Assembly: GCA_050251055.1 (NCBI GenBank)
Contig: JBFWNL010000002.1
Span: forward strand, 256,001-320,000
DNA: 64,000 nt
Direction: 5' to 3'
Origin: Bacteriovoracia bacterium
Lineage (GTDB): Bacteria; Bdellovibrionota; UBA1018; JBFWNL01
Shown: positions 1 through 8,589 of the stretch, in pieces
Layout of the letters: every line of letters begins with the position of its first letter
How positions within the stretch are numbered: position 1 is the stretch's first letter
Notes under the pieces: generated by a model
The model's database searches: none
Told to the model about the DNA's origin: nothing
The model's input: the letters and a program-made list of their open reading frames with translations, nothing else
Program-made: the position numbers and the translations under genes

Positions 1-23
1 GTGATCCGCGCATCGTGATTTCA

Positions 24-61
24 GCGTGGAGTCCACGTCCCAAAAAACGTGGGCTCCACGC
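24..61. repeat. 15-bp inverted repeat whose arms are themselves palindromic (REP-pair-like or terminator-like hairpin)
   Basis: GCGTGGAGTCCACGT (24-38) and ACGTGGGCTCCACGC (47-61), one G-T mismatch; each arm folds as CGTGGR-n-TCCACG. Confidence 0.6.
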
Positions 62-106
62 AAATCCCTTCTCGTTTTCGCCTTCCTCGGCTAAATTCTT
101 TCTGAA

Positions 107-1276
107 ATGAGCGTTCTCTCCCTTCCCTCCCCACGGCGGCAACCCCCTGGTTTTTCGATGCTGGAAGTGCTCATCGCGGGCGCCGTCGGCATGGTTATCC
201 TATACGCGATCTTTCAGGGCCTCACCTACTTCGCGAAATCCAATAAGTCGGCCGCCATTACCGCCGAGTATACTTCACTGATCTCCTCGCTCAATCTTGT
301 GCTCTCGCAGCCCGACCTATGCGGAACGGCTTTCCGCGACGCCTCGGGTAACGCCTTGGTTTTCAAGCCGACCAAACCGGAAGGCCACAGGGTTTCCGTG
401 CACGAGATCCGTATCGGCACTGGACCGATCGCGAAGCTCGGCACCGCGATTGGCGGCCTGAAGCTCACGCGGATGGAAATCCATGAAATCGCGCCGAAGC
501 TGCGCCAACCCAATCGCTACGTCGGTAATCTCGTCATTCAAGGCGAAAAACTGGTGGAAGCCAAGGGGCCTGCCGTGTCCCTCCCCGAGAAGACTTTCCC
601 CATCGTTTTTTTTACCAAGGAAGACACCGACGCCATTCAGGCTTGCAATGGGGGATCCACCGGCGAGATCGTGAAAGGTCCCCATACCCGCACGCTCGCG
701 GTCTCGGAGTTTTGGACCGTGCCCGACGGTATCAGCGAAGTCGTCTTGGAAGCCTGGGCGGGCGGCGGCGGCGGCGGGCGCGGAGATCGCACCGGCGGAG
801 TCTGCGGCGCGGGCGGCGGCGGCGGCGCGTACTTTCGCGGGATGGTGCGAGTCACCCCCGGGGAAGTAATCGAAATCATCGTCGGCTCCGGCGGTTCGGC
901 GGGCACCGGTGACGGTAGCTCAGGCCAAGAGGGGCACGCCACTCGTTTCGGCACCTACGTCGTGTTGCACGGAGGACGCGGCGGCCAGTACGTTACGGCG
1001 AGCGAACAGAACGGCGGGCACGGAGGGATGGTGGACGTTTCCCACCTATCCGAAGGCTCACGGACATTTTACACGTTGGAAGGAATCGACGGACATCCCG
1101 GCGGCCTTCCGAACGGGATCGGCGACGATAAGTGCCCGCGCAATCTAGGCGGCCCCTCGTTTCCGGCTCTATTAACCAAAGGCCCCGGGTGGGGCGGGAG
1201 GGGAAGTTATGAAATTCCAGGCGAACATCGAAGCGGAGATCGCGGCGAAGACGGGCTCGTACTCTTGGTTTACTAA
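107..1276 (+). CDS. Prepilin-type N-terminal cleavage/methylation protein with C-terminal glycine-rich domain
   Basis: G|FSMLEVLIA class III signal plus hydrophobic helix; C-terminal WTVPDGISEVVLEAWAGGGGGG...GEDGLVLLVY glycine-rich domain. Confidence 0.8.
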   Translation: MSVLSLPSPRRQPPGFSMLEVLIAGAVGMVILYAIFQGLTYFAKSNKSAAITAEYTSLISSLNLVLSQPDLCGTAFRDASGNALVFKPTKPEGHRVSVHEIRIGTGPIAKLGTAIGGLKLTRMEIHEIAPKLRQPNRYVGNLVIQGEKLVEAKGPAVSLPEKTFPIVFFTKEDTDAIQACNGGSTGEIVKGPHTRTLAVSEFWTVPDGISEVVLEAWAGGGGGGRGDRTGGVCGAGGGGGAYFRGMVRVTPGEVIEIIVGSGGSAGTGDGSSGQEGHATRFGTYVVLHGGRGGQYVTASEQNGGHGGMVDVSHLSEGSRTFYTLEGIDGHPGGLPNGIGDDKCPRNLGGPSFPALLTKGPGWGGRGSYEIPGEHRSGDRGEDGLVLLVY

Positions 1277-1829
1277 GGCGGCGGCCATCGCTCTGCTCCT
1301 GGCGTTGATGTCGATCGCGTCCGCGCTCGCCGCACCGGCTACCGGCGGGCAAGACCCTTTCATTGGAAAGCCCCTACCGAACGTCACCCTTCCGGCGTCC
1401 GATGGAAAAACGCGTACGCTGCCCAAGGACATCTTGGGGAAGTGGACCCTCATCTACTTTTACCCCAAGGACGACACTCCGGGCTGCACGAAGCAAGCCT
1501 GCAGCTACCGCGATCGCATGGATGAGTTCAAGCGGCTCGACGTGAACGTGTTCGGCGTAAGCGCCGACGACCTGGCGTCACACGACCAATTCAAACAGAA
1601 GCATAAGCTAAATTTCCCCCTGCTTACCGACGCCAAGCACGAACTGGCCGGCCCTTTGGACGTGAGCCAGGGGGGCAAAGGCTATTTTTCTCGCGATACC
1701 TTCCTGGTGAATCCAGAAGGAAAAATCACCGACGTCTGGCGGAAGGTAAACCCGGAGAAGACCTTGGGTGAAACGCTGGATATGGTGAAGCACAAGGTCG
1801 AAACCCCAACTGGGGCTAAGACAAAGTAA
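1209..1829 (+). CDS. Peroxiredoxin (BCP/PrxQ family), probably exported
   Basis: YFYPKDDTPGCTKQAC motif; hydrophobic AAAIALLLALMSIASALA signal-like segment; GGGAGGGG SD before ATG 1209 (alternative start 1308). Confidence 0.88.
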   Translation: MKFQANIEAEIAAKTGSYSWFTKAAAIALLLALMSIASALAAPATGGQDPFIGKPLPNVTLPASDGKTRTLPKDILGKWTLIYFYPKDDTPGCTKQACSYRDRMDEFKRLDVNVFGVSADDLASHDQFKQKHKLNFPLLTDAKHELAGPLDVSQGGKGYFSRDTFLVNPEGKITDVWRKVNPEKTLGETLDMVKHKVETPTGAKTK

Positions 1830-1902
1830 GTTTTCCGCCGCCTCGCGCGGCCCTGCCGTCAAATTTTTTACGCTCGGGAACCGGCCTCACTAAACCGAAA
1901 AG

Positions 1903-2991
1903 GTGTACGTGAGAGTACGCTCCGGTCAGCCACTCATTCCCTTGGAGAAGATTGAAGCTTTTCTCCAAGTCGAGCCCACCTTCGTCATCCTCGGGATGGC
2001 ACTCGCTTCTTTCCTCATCTACAAGTTTTTTCTCCGCAACGTGACCGCGCAGCGACACGAAAACCTGAAGTCGCTGTTCAAAAACCTAGCAGTCAATGGC
2101 TTAGCTTGGGGCGTCTGCTTCGCCGCTTACATCGGGCTCGAGCGCGTCGAGCTCTTCTCGCCCGACACCCACCTCCGCATCGTCAGCTATGTAGGGTTTC
2201 TTACCCTGGTCACCGGTTCGGTGGTTTTCGTAAAAACGAGTCGACTACTCGTCATGGAGTACCTCTTCTTCGGCCACATGAAGGAAGGCGTGCCGATCCT
2301 GCTCGTGAATCTCTTCACGCTGCTCGTTTCAATCGTGCTCGCCGGCTGGTACGTGACGGATATCTTCGGCGTGCAGCTCACTCCGTTTTTGGCGACCTCG
2401 GCCATCCTCTCGCTCGTACTGGGCTTAGCCCTCCAAGACACACTCGGCAATCTCTTCGCCGGCATCGCCCTGCAACTCGATAAGCCTTTCGAAATCGGCG
2501 ACTGGGTGGAAATCCAGTTCGGCGTCTTGAAATGGACGGGGCAAATCTACGAAATCACCTGGCGGGCCGTGCACCTAACCGGCCTCGACGAAGAGCGCCT
2601 CACCATTCCCAACCGCGTGGTGGCCCAGGGTGGAGTGACCAATCTTTCCGCTACCGGAGAGCCCATTGTCCAGACGCTCGCCTTGAAGCTCCCCCACGAC
2701 TGCGATCTGCCCCGGGCGCGCGCCGCACTGGCCGAAGCCGCCGGAGCGATCACCCGCGTGGTGAAACGTCCGTTACCCTACGCTCAGCTTTCGGAAGCCA
2801 CCGACGCCGGCATCACGTGTAAACTTGTTTATTTCATCCAAGATTACGGACGACACTCGGAGATCGCCGACGAAGTAATGATGGCCGCCCTGCACGGCCT
2901 ACGCCGCGAAGGCATCGCCCTCGCGACGCCGCGGCTGCATGTTGATTACCCAGGGTCCCCAAAAGCAAACGGAGAAGCCTCCATCTCGTGA
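1903..2991 (+). CDS. MscS-family mechanosensitive ion channel
   Basis: TM helices then LGLALQDTLGNLFAGIALQLDKPFEIGDWVEI and IPN motifs. Confidence 0.9.
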   Translation: MYVRVRSGQPLIPLEKIEAFLQVEPTFVILGMALASFLIYKFFLRNVTAQRHENLKSLFKNLAVNGLAWGVCFAAYIGLERVELFSPDTHLRIVSYVGFLTLVTGSVVFVKTSRLLVMEYLFFGHMKEGVPILLVNLFTLLVSIVLAGWYVTDIFGVQLTPFLATSAILSLVLGLALQDTLGNLFAGIALQLDKPFEIGDWVEIQFGVLKWTGQIYEITWRAVHLTGLDEERLTIPNRVVAQGGVTNLSATGEPIVQTLALKLPHDCDLPRARAALAEAAGAITRVVKRPLPYAQLSEATDAGITCKLVYFIQDYGRHSEIADEVMMAALHGLRREGIALATPRLHVDYPGSPKANGEASIS

Positions 2992-3020
2992 AGGCCTCTC
3001 CGCTTACCACCCTCTCCCAA

Positions 3021-3392
3021 CTACTGGTGTAAGGGACGAATCACATCCGTACGATGAAAATTCGCGCCCTTGAAGGTAGAACGCGTTTCCACGGCTTTGC
3101 CGTTGAGGCGATTGACTAGACCAGTTTCATAAATGACGTGCACGTTCGGGCCCAGCACCAACGGCTGCACAAAGCCCTCGGCCAACTCGGAGGAATCCAG
3201 GCTGACTTCAGCCGGCAAACGCTCCACGGAAGGACGAACGCAACGGGAAGGCGGAGTCGCCAACGAATTCACCTGCACGGTAAAGCGCTGGAGCATGCCA
3301 TCGACCGGACGATCATCTTCTTCCGCCACGATTACCGGGCCACCGGCGCAGCGCGGTTGCAGAATGTGCTTGATCGGCAGGGTGATCTCCAC
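3021..3392 (-). CDS. Hypothetical protein (uncertain)
   Basis: 123-aa ORF filling an intergenic gap, no recognisable motif. Confidence 0.3.
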   Translation of the reverse strand: MEITLPIKHILQPRCAGGPVIVAEEDDRPVDGMLQRFTVQVNSLATPPSRCVRPSVERLPAEVSLDSSELAEGFVQPLVLGPNVHVIYETGLVNRLNGKAVETRSTFKGANFHRTDVIRPLHQ

Positions 3393-3489
3393 CGACTTCG
3401 GCGGCTAGCGTCGGAGGTGAAGAAATAATAATTATTCGATATTGGGTTAATTAATTAATATTTCTAATGTAGTGATTTCGGCATCCCCG

Positions 3490-3518
3490 TTGACAATATT
3501 GAGGAATATTGCTACGCA
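3490..3518 (+). promoter_or_regulatory. Putative sigma-70 promoter
   Basis: TTGACA-17nt-TACGCA with TG extension, downstream of an AT-rich tract and upstream of the 3565 ORF. Confidence 0.45.
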
Positions 3519-3564
3519 CTGCGTCGAGGGTTGATCAAGAGGTGTTTCAATAGAGGAGACCGTT

Positions 3565-4257
3565 ATGGTTTATCGCCTGCCCTTGTCCGCGCTCGTCCTA
3601 CTTTTCCTATCCCGCTTCGCCATCGCCGACCCCGTCATCGTTCTGAACGAACCCAGGTGTGTGAAATTCGGCGCCACCTTCCCCGAGTCCGCGGAGTACA
3701 CGGCTCGCCTGGGCAAAGCCGAGCCCAACCAGCACGGAAGCTCCCGTTGCGCCAAGATCGTGCACTTAGCCGAGGCCGCCGCGGCGCTAGCGCGTGAGCA
3801 GCCCCGAGCGATTCAAGTCTTGCACCTCCCGCCCGGAAAGGCTTCCGACCTCTACCGTGACCTGGAGCCCATGGGGACCCTCACGCTCGACCTTACGATC
3901 CTGAAGCTTTCCTACGGGGTAGATGGTCAACGAACCTCGTTGCGGGATCTGCAAGAGTTTGCGCATCTTTTCACGCTAGACGAACAGCCGAGCTTTGGCA
4001 CGGTGGATACCTCGTTCTTGTCCCATCCGCGGGAACTGAGCGAGATTCGGGGCAAAGTCCTGCCGAGCTCCGCGATCGTGAACGCGGTCATCCCCCTCAC
4101 CGGCCAGGCCGCCGAAAAGATTCGCCCGGTAGTATTTTCCTCGGAAAGAGAAGGGCAAAACCTGGGGGGCTTCCAGTTCACGACGAACCAGACCGTGGTG
4201 GTGCTCGGTCAATACGCGATCTATCTGAAAACGATCAGCTGGATGAACAACGACTGA
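3565..4257 (+). CDS. Hypothetical secreted protein
   Basis: GAGGAG SD; signal peptide ending AIA|DP; two Cys. Confidence 0.65.
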   Translation: MVYRLPLSALVLLFLSRFAIADPVIVLNEPRCVKFGATFPESAEYTARLGKAEPNQHGSSRCAKIVHLAEAAAALAREQPRAIQVLHLPPGKASDLYRDLEPMGTLTLDLTILKLSYGVDGQRTSLRDLQEFAHLFTLDEQPSFGTVDTSFLSHPRELSEIRGKVLPSSAIVNAVIPLTGQAAEKIRPVVFSSEREGQNLGGFQFTTNQTVVVLGQYAIYLKTISWMNND

Positions 4258-4291
4258 AGCCTCCAACCGGCCACCCGGAGCTTCGCGCACA

Positions 4292-4319
4292 TTGCAGTTT
4301 AGAATCGTTCTGATACATT
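4292..4319 (+). promoter_or_regulatory. Sigma-70 promoter, probably leaderless
   Basis: TTGCAG-16nt-TACATT (TG-extended), 7 nt before ATG 4327, no SD. Confidence 0.55.
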
Positions 4320-4326
4320 GGCGGCA

Positions 4327-6423
4327 ATGAAGATTGCTTTCACGCATAATTTGAAGGTCACGGACGCGGAAGAAGAAGCGGAGTTCGACACGAAGGAAAC
4401 AGTGGCGGCGATCACCGACGCGCTTACCCAGCTCGGCCACCAGGTAGAACCAGTGGAGGTCAGCGGGCCCGTTTCTCGTACCATCGCCCGCCTGGAGGCA
4501 CTCCATCCGGATCTGATCTTCAACACCGCGGAAGGAAAGACGGGACGGTATCGCGAAGCCTTCTACCCCGGCATCTTCGATCAGTTGGGCATCCCTTACA
4601 CGGGCTCCGACGCCTACGTATGCACGCTCACTCTGGACAAACACATGACCAAGCTGATGGTCGCGGGCCAGGGGATTCCCGTTCCGCGGTCTCAGTTCTT
4701 CGTAACCATGGCGGGGGCCGAAAAGATAGACCTCCGCTTTCCGGTCATCTTAAAACCCAATTTCGAAGGCAGCTCAAAGGGCATCACCCAGGATTCCATC
4801 GCGGAAACTCCGGCTGCCTTCCAGGAAAAACTCCAGCGGGCACTCACGCAGTACCCGATCGGGATCTTGGTCGAAGAATACATCGTGGGACGCGACATCG
4901 CCGTGCCCTTCATCGAAGGTGCCGCGGCGGCTTCCGGCGGCGTGCTCGCTCCCATCGAGTATGTATTCGATACGGCTGCGGTGGGACCCCGGAAATACCA
5001 GATCTACGACTACGAGCTGAAAAACTCCCTTTCGGATCACGTGCACCTCAAGGTACCGGCCGAAGTAAACAGCGACGTAGGGGCCCGCCTGCAGAAAATG
5101 TCCCAAGTCATTTTCAAAACCCTGGGCGTGCACGACGCCGCCCGCATCGACTTCCGGGTCACGCCGAATGGCGAGATTTATTTCATCGAGATCAACGCCC
5201 TCCCTAGCCTCGAGCCCGGCGCCGGGATCTACCAAGCGGCGAAGCTCGCGGGCTTAAGCGAGACCAAGGACGTCCTGGGCGCGATCATCGCCAACGCCTG
5301 CCTCCGGCAAAAGGTGCGGCTCACTACCCGCTCCAAAAATAAACGTCACTTACGGGTAGGCTTCACTTTCAATCAGAAACGCGTGCCCTCGGGGGACTAC
5401 GAGGTGAACGACACCGAGGCCGAATACGATTCGCCGTCCACCCTGGGGAAGATCCGCGAAGCCATCCGTTCGCACGGACACGAGGTGGTCGACCTAGAAG
5501 CTACGCCGGAGCTGCCGAACTTGCTTTCGGCCACCAACGTCGACGTCGTCTTCAACATCGCCGAAGGCCTCAAGGGCCGGAACCGGGAATCGCAAATCCC
5601 GGCCATGCTCGAGCTGCTCGATATTCCCTATACGGGATCGGACCCTACCACGCTCTCCATCACCCTCGATAAGAGCTTGGCCAAAAAAGTGGTGCGCAAC
5701 GAGGGCATTCTCACCCCGAACTTTTTCCTGATGACCACGGGGCGGGAAAAACTTCCGAAGGAGCTACGCTTCCCCGTCATCGTAAAACCCGTGGCCGAAG
5801 GCAGCTCGAAGGGCGTGGTGAAGAAAAGCGTCGCCCACAACGAGGCCGAGCTACGCGCCATCGCCAACACGATGATCCGCATCTACCACCAATCGGCGCT
5901 GGTCGAGGAATTCCTCACCGGCCGTGAATTCACCGTCGCGCTCCTAGGGGAAAACCGTCCCCGCGTGCTACCGCCGATGGAGATCATCTTCGCCAAGAAA
6001 GATGAAGCTTTCCCGGTCTACACCTACCAGCACAAACTCGACCGCAACGACGAGATCCAGTACCAAGCGCCCGCGCAGATCGACGAAAAGCTCCGCAAGC
6101 AGCTCGAGAGCGTGGCCAAACGCTCTTTCATTGCGTTAGGCTGCCGCGACGTCGCCCGCATTGATCTTCGACTCGACGCCGAGGGACGCGTGAACTTCGT
6201 GGAGTGCAATCCGCTGCCGGGGCTGACCCCCGGCTGGTCGGACCTATGCATGATCGCCGAGAGCGCGGGCATGGATTACCGCACACTCATCGGAGAAATC
6301 CTGGCCCCTGCCGTGCGGCGCGCGCGGGAAAAAGACCGGCACCAAGCGCTGGTGCAGGCCCAAGCCATGGCGAGCACCCAGTCGTCGGAGAGCGGACGCA
6401 ACGAATTACTCAACCCGGCGTGA
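4327..6423 (+). CDS. Tandem (two-module) D-Ala-D-Ala-ligase-like ATP-grasp enzyme
   Basis: Two full repeats: FNxAEG, YTGSD, TLDK, PVIxKPxxEGSSKG, EExxxGR, RIDxR, ExNxLP; second module begins near nt 5350 (LRVGFTFN). Confidence 0.88.
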   Translation: MKIAFTHNLKVTDAEEEAEFDTKETVAAITDALTQLGHQVEPVEVSGPVSRTIARLEALHPDLIFNTAEGKTGRYREAFYPGIFDQLGIPYTGSDAYVCTLTLDKHMTKLMVAGQGIPVPRSQFFVTMAGAEKIDLRFPVILKPNFEGSSKGITQDSIAETPAAFQEKLQRALTQYPIGILVEEYIVGRDIAVPFIEGAAAASGGVLAPIEYVFDTAAVGPRKYQIYDYELKNSLSDHVHLKVPAEVNSDVGARLQKMSQVIFKTLGVHDAARIDFRVTPNGEIYFIEINALPSLEPGAGIYQAAKLAGLSETKDVLGAIIANACLRQKVRLTTRSKNKRHLRVGFTFNQKRVPSGDYEVNDTEAEYDSPSTLGKIREAIRSHGHEVVDLEATPELPNLLSATNVDVVFNIAEGLKGRNRESQIPAMLELLDIPYTGSDPTTLSITLDKSLAKKVVRNEGILTPNFFLMTTGREKLPKELRFPVIVKPVAEGSSKGVVKKSVAHNEAELRAIANTMIRIYHQSALVEEFLTGREFTVALLGENRPRVLPPMEIIFAKKDEAFPVYTYQHKLDRNDEIQYQAPAQIDEKLRKQLESVAKRSFIALGCRDVARIDLRLDAEGRVNFVECNPLPGLTPGWSDLCMIAESAGMDYRTLIGEILAPAVRRAREKDRHQALVQAQAMASTQSSESGRNELLNPA

Positions 6424-6430
6424 GGAGCTT

Positions 6431-7582
6431 TTGCCACCGAATTCCACCCCTTTGAAGAAACGCCTTCGTATTCGTGACCTCGGTCTCGAGATCGGCCATT
6501 ACAAGCCGGGGCGCTACAACGCGATCACCGACGTCCCCAACGTGAAAGTGGGTCACTCCACGATCATCAAGGGCCATGGAAAGCACACCCCTCGACGCGG
6601 CCCCGTGCGCACGGGAGTCACCGCCATTATCCCGCGGGATGACATCTATGAAAACCGAGTAGCGGGGGGCGCCTTCATCCTGAACGGAGCGGGAGAGCTT
6701 TCAGGTCTGACGCAAGTGCAGGAATGGGGAATCATCGAAACTCCGATCCTGCTAACCAATACCCTTTCGGTGGGAACCTGCTCGGAAGCCTGTGTCCAGT
6801 ACATGACCGACCGTTACCCGGGGATTGGTTCTCAGCACGACGTCGTGCTCCCCCTCGTCGGCGAATGCGATGACTCCTGGCTGAACGACATCGCCGGCCG
6901 CCACGTCCGCTCCGAGCACGTGATCGAGGCCATCAAAAGCGCGCAGAGCGGACCGGTGCTCGAAGGCGCCGTCGGGGGCGGCACCGGCATGATCACCTGT
7001 GACTTCAAGGCCGGGATTGGCACTTCCTCGCGCAAGCTTCCCCAGCTCCTGGGCGGTTACACCATCGGCGTGCTAGTGATGAGCAACTTTGGTGAGATTC
7101 GAGACCTCCGCATGGGGGGAATTCCCGCCGGCGCGATCCTGCAACCCAAGTTCGCGGGCCTGCGTAAGCGCAAGGATAATTACGGATCAATCATTGCCGT
7201 GATCGCCACCGACGCACCGCTCGTGACCGCGCAGCTTACGCAACTTTCCAAACGCGCGGCGCTCGGTATCGGTCGGGTGGGCTCCTACGCCGCGCACGGC
7301 TCGGGCGAGATCATCCTGGCTTTTTCCACGACGAACGTGGCTCCCCGCGAGACTCAGAAGATGGTCTATCGCATGAAGATCCTGCTCGATAAGCGGATTA
7401 ATCCGCTTTACGAAGCCGTGGTTGAATGCACGGAAGAAGCCATATTGAATTCGTTGTGCTCGGCCGAAAGCATGGAAGGGATCAACGGAAATCTCTCCCC
7501 AGCGATCCCGCTCGAGGATGTTTCCGACTTGATCCACAAGTTCAAGCGGACCTTCCAGGTGCCCCCGCCCTCGCAAACCTAA
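6431..7582 (+). CDS. P1/S58 family peptidase (DmpA / beta-peptidyl aminopeptidase-like)
   Basis: NAITDVxxVKVGH, RTGVTAI, LNGAGE, PILLTNT, GECDDSWLND, EGAVGGGTGM, G|SIIAVIATDAPL autoprocessing site. Confidence 0.9.
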   Translation: MPPNSTPLKKRLRIRDLGLEIGHYKPGRYNAITDVPNVKVGHSTIIKGHGKHTPRRGPVRTGVTAIIPRDDIYENRVAGGAFILNGAGELSGLTQVQEWGIIETPILLTNTLSVGTCSEACVQYMTDRYPGIGSQHDVVLPLVGECDDSWLNDIAGRHVRSEHVIEAIKSAQSGPVLEGAVGGGTGMITCDFKAGIGTSSRKLPQLLGGYTIGVLVMSNFGEIRDLRMGGIPAGAILQPKFAGLRKRKDNYGSIIAVIATDAPLVTAQLTQLSKRAALGIGRVGSYAAHGSGEIILAFSTTNVAPRETQKMVYRMKILLDKRINPLYEAVVECTEEAILNSLCSAESMEGINGNLSPAIPLEDVSDLIHKFKRTFQVPPPSQT

Positions 7583-7587
7583 ACTAG

Positions 7588-7616
7588 CTGACACGCGCTA
7601 TCACATCTGCCATACT
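7588..7616 (+). promoter_or_regulatory. Sigma-70 promoter
   Basis: CTGACA-17nt-CATACT with TG extension, 9 nt before ATG 7626. Confidence 0.6.
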
Positions 7617-7625
7617 GCGAGGCCT

Positions 7626-8588
7626 ATGGAATACCGTCGACTCGGAAAATCAGGCCTAAAACTCAGCGCACTCTCGTTTGGCTCGTGGGTGACGTTTGGC
7701 AATCAGCTGGACGAGCGTGCGGCGGGTGAACTCATGCAGCTCGCCTACGACGGTGGCGTGAATTTCTTCGACAACGCCGAAACGTACGCGAACGGCGCCT
7801 CCGAGGAAATCATGGGCAATGTGCTGCAGAAAAAGGGCTGGCGGCGCGACTCTTACTGCGTTTCGAGCAAAGTTTTTTGGGGCGGCCAGCTCCCCACCCA
7901 GACCGGCCTCAGTCACAAGCACGTGTACGATGCTTGTCACAATGCCCTGAGACGCTTAAAAGTCGATTACCTGGATCTCTACTTTTGTCACCGGCCCGAC
8001 CCGGAAACTCCCATCGAGGAAACTGTCCGCTGCATGCACACGCTCGTGATGCAGGGAAAGATCCTATACTGGGGCACTTCCGAGTGGAGCGCGGAGCAGC
8101 TCTTCGAAGCCTACCAAGTGGCCGAGCAACGCGGACTCACCCCACCCACGATGGAGCAGCCCCAATATAATCTCTTTCACCGCGCCCGCGTCGAGCAGGA
8201 ATATCATCGCCTCTACGACGAATTCGGCTTGGGAACCACGATTTGGTCACCACTAGCGTCGGGTCTGCTCACCGGGAAATACGCGCAAGGCATCCCCGGA
8301 GACTCCCGCATGAAGCTCAAAGGTTACGAGTGGCTCCAACGCGAGCTCAATACCGCCGAAGGCGCGGCGAAAATCGCCCAAGCCCAAAAGCTGGGCGAGC
8401 TGGCGCGCGAGCTCGGCACGTCCCTGCCGAAACTTGCCATCGCCTGGTGCCTCAAAAACGAAGACGTAAGCACGGTGATCCTGGGCGCGTCACGCAAGGA
8501 GCAGCTGACGGAAAACCTCGGGGCCCTTGATTCCTTGCGCTTGCTTTCACCTGAAGTCATGCGCGAGATCGCGAAGCTCGTCGCCTAG
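7626..8588 (+). CDS. Aldo/keto reductase, Kv-beta-subunit-like
   Basis: MEYRRLGKSGLK, GSWVTFG, FDNAETY, HRPD, WGTSEW, MEQPQYN, WSPLASGLLTGKY. Confidence 0.92.
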   Translation: MEYRRLGKSGLKLSALSFGSWVTFGNQLDERAAGELMQLAYDGGVNFFDNAETYANGASEEIMGNVLQKKGWRRDSYCVSSKVFWGGQLPTQTGLSHKHVYDACHNALRRLKVDYLDLYFCHRPDPETPIEETVRCMHTLVMQGKILYWGTSEWSAEQLFEAYQVAEQRGLTPPTMEQPQYNLFHRARVEQEYHRLYDEFGLGTTIWSPLASGLLTGKYAQGIPGDSRMKLKGYEWLQRELNTAEGAAKIAQAQKLGELARELGTSLPKLAIAWCLKNEDVSTVILGASRKEQLTENLGALDSLRLLSPEVMREIAKLVA

Positions 8589-8589
8589 C

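Noticed and set aside
757-830. GGC trinucleotide runs as a DNA repeat element
   Set aside because: They encode the poly-Gly motifs of the glycine-rich domain.
4327-6423. Annotating the ATP-grasp protein as ddl
   Set aside because: It lacks the GGxSxE and HGxxGEDG motifs, is duplicated in tandem, and is not in a cell-wall gene cluster.
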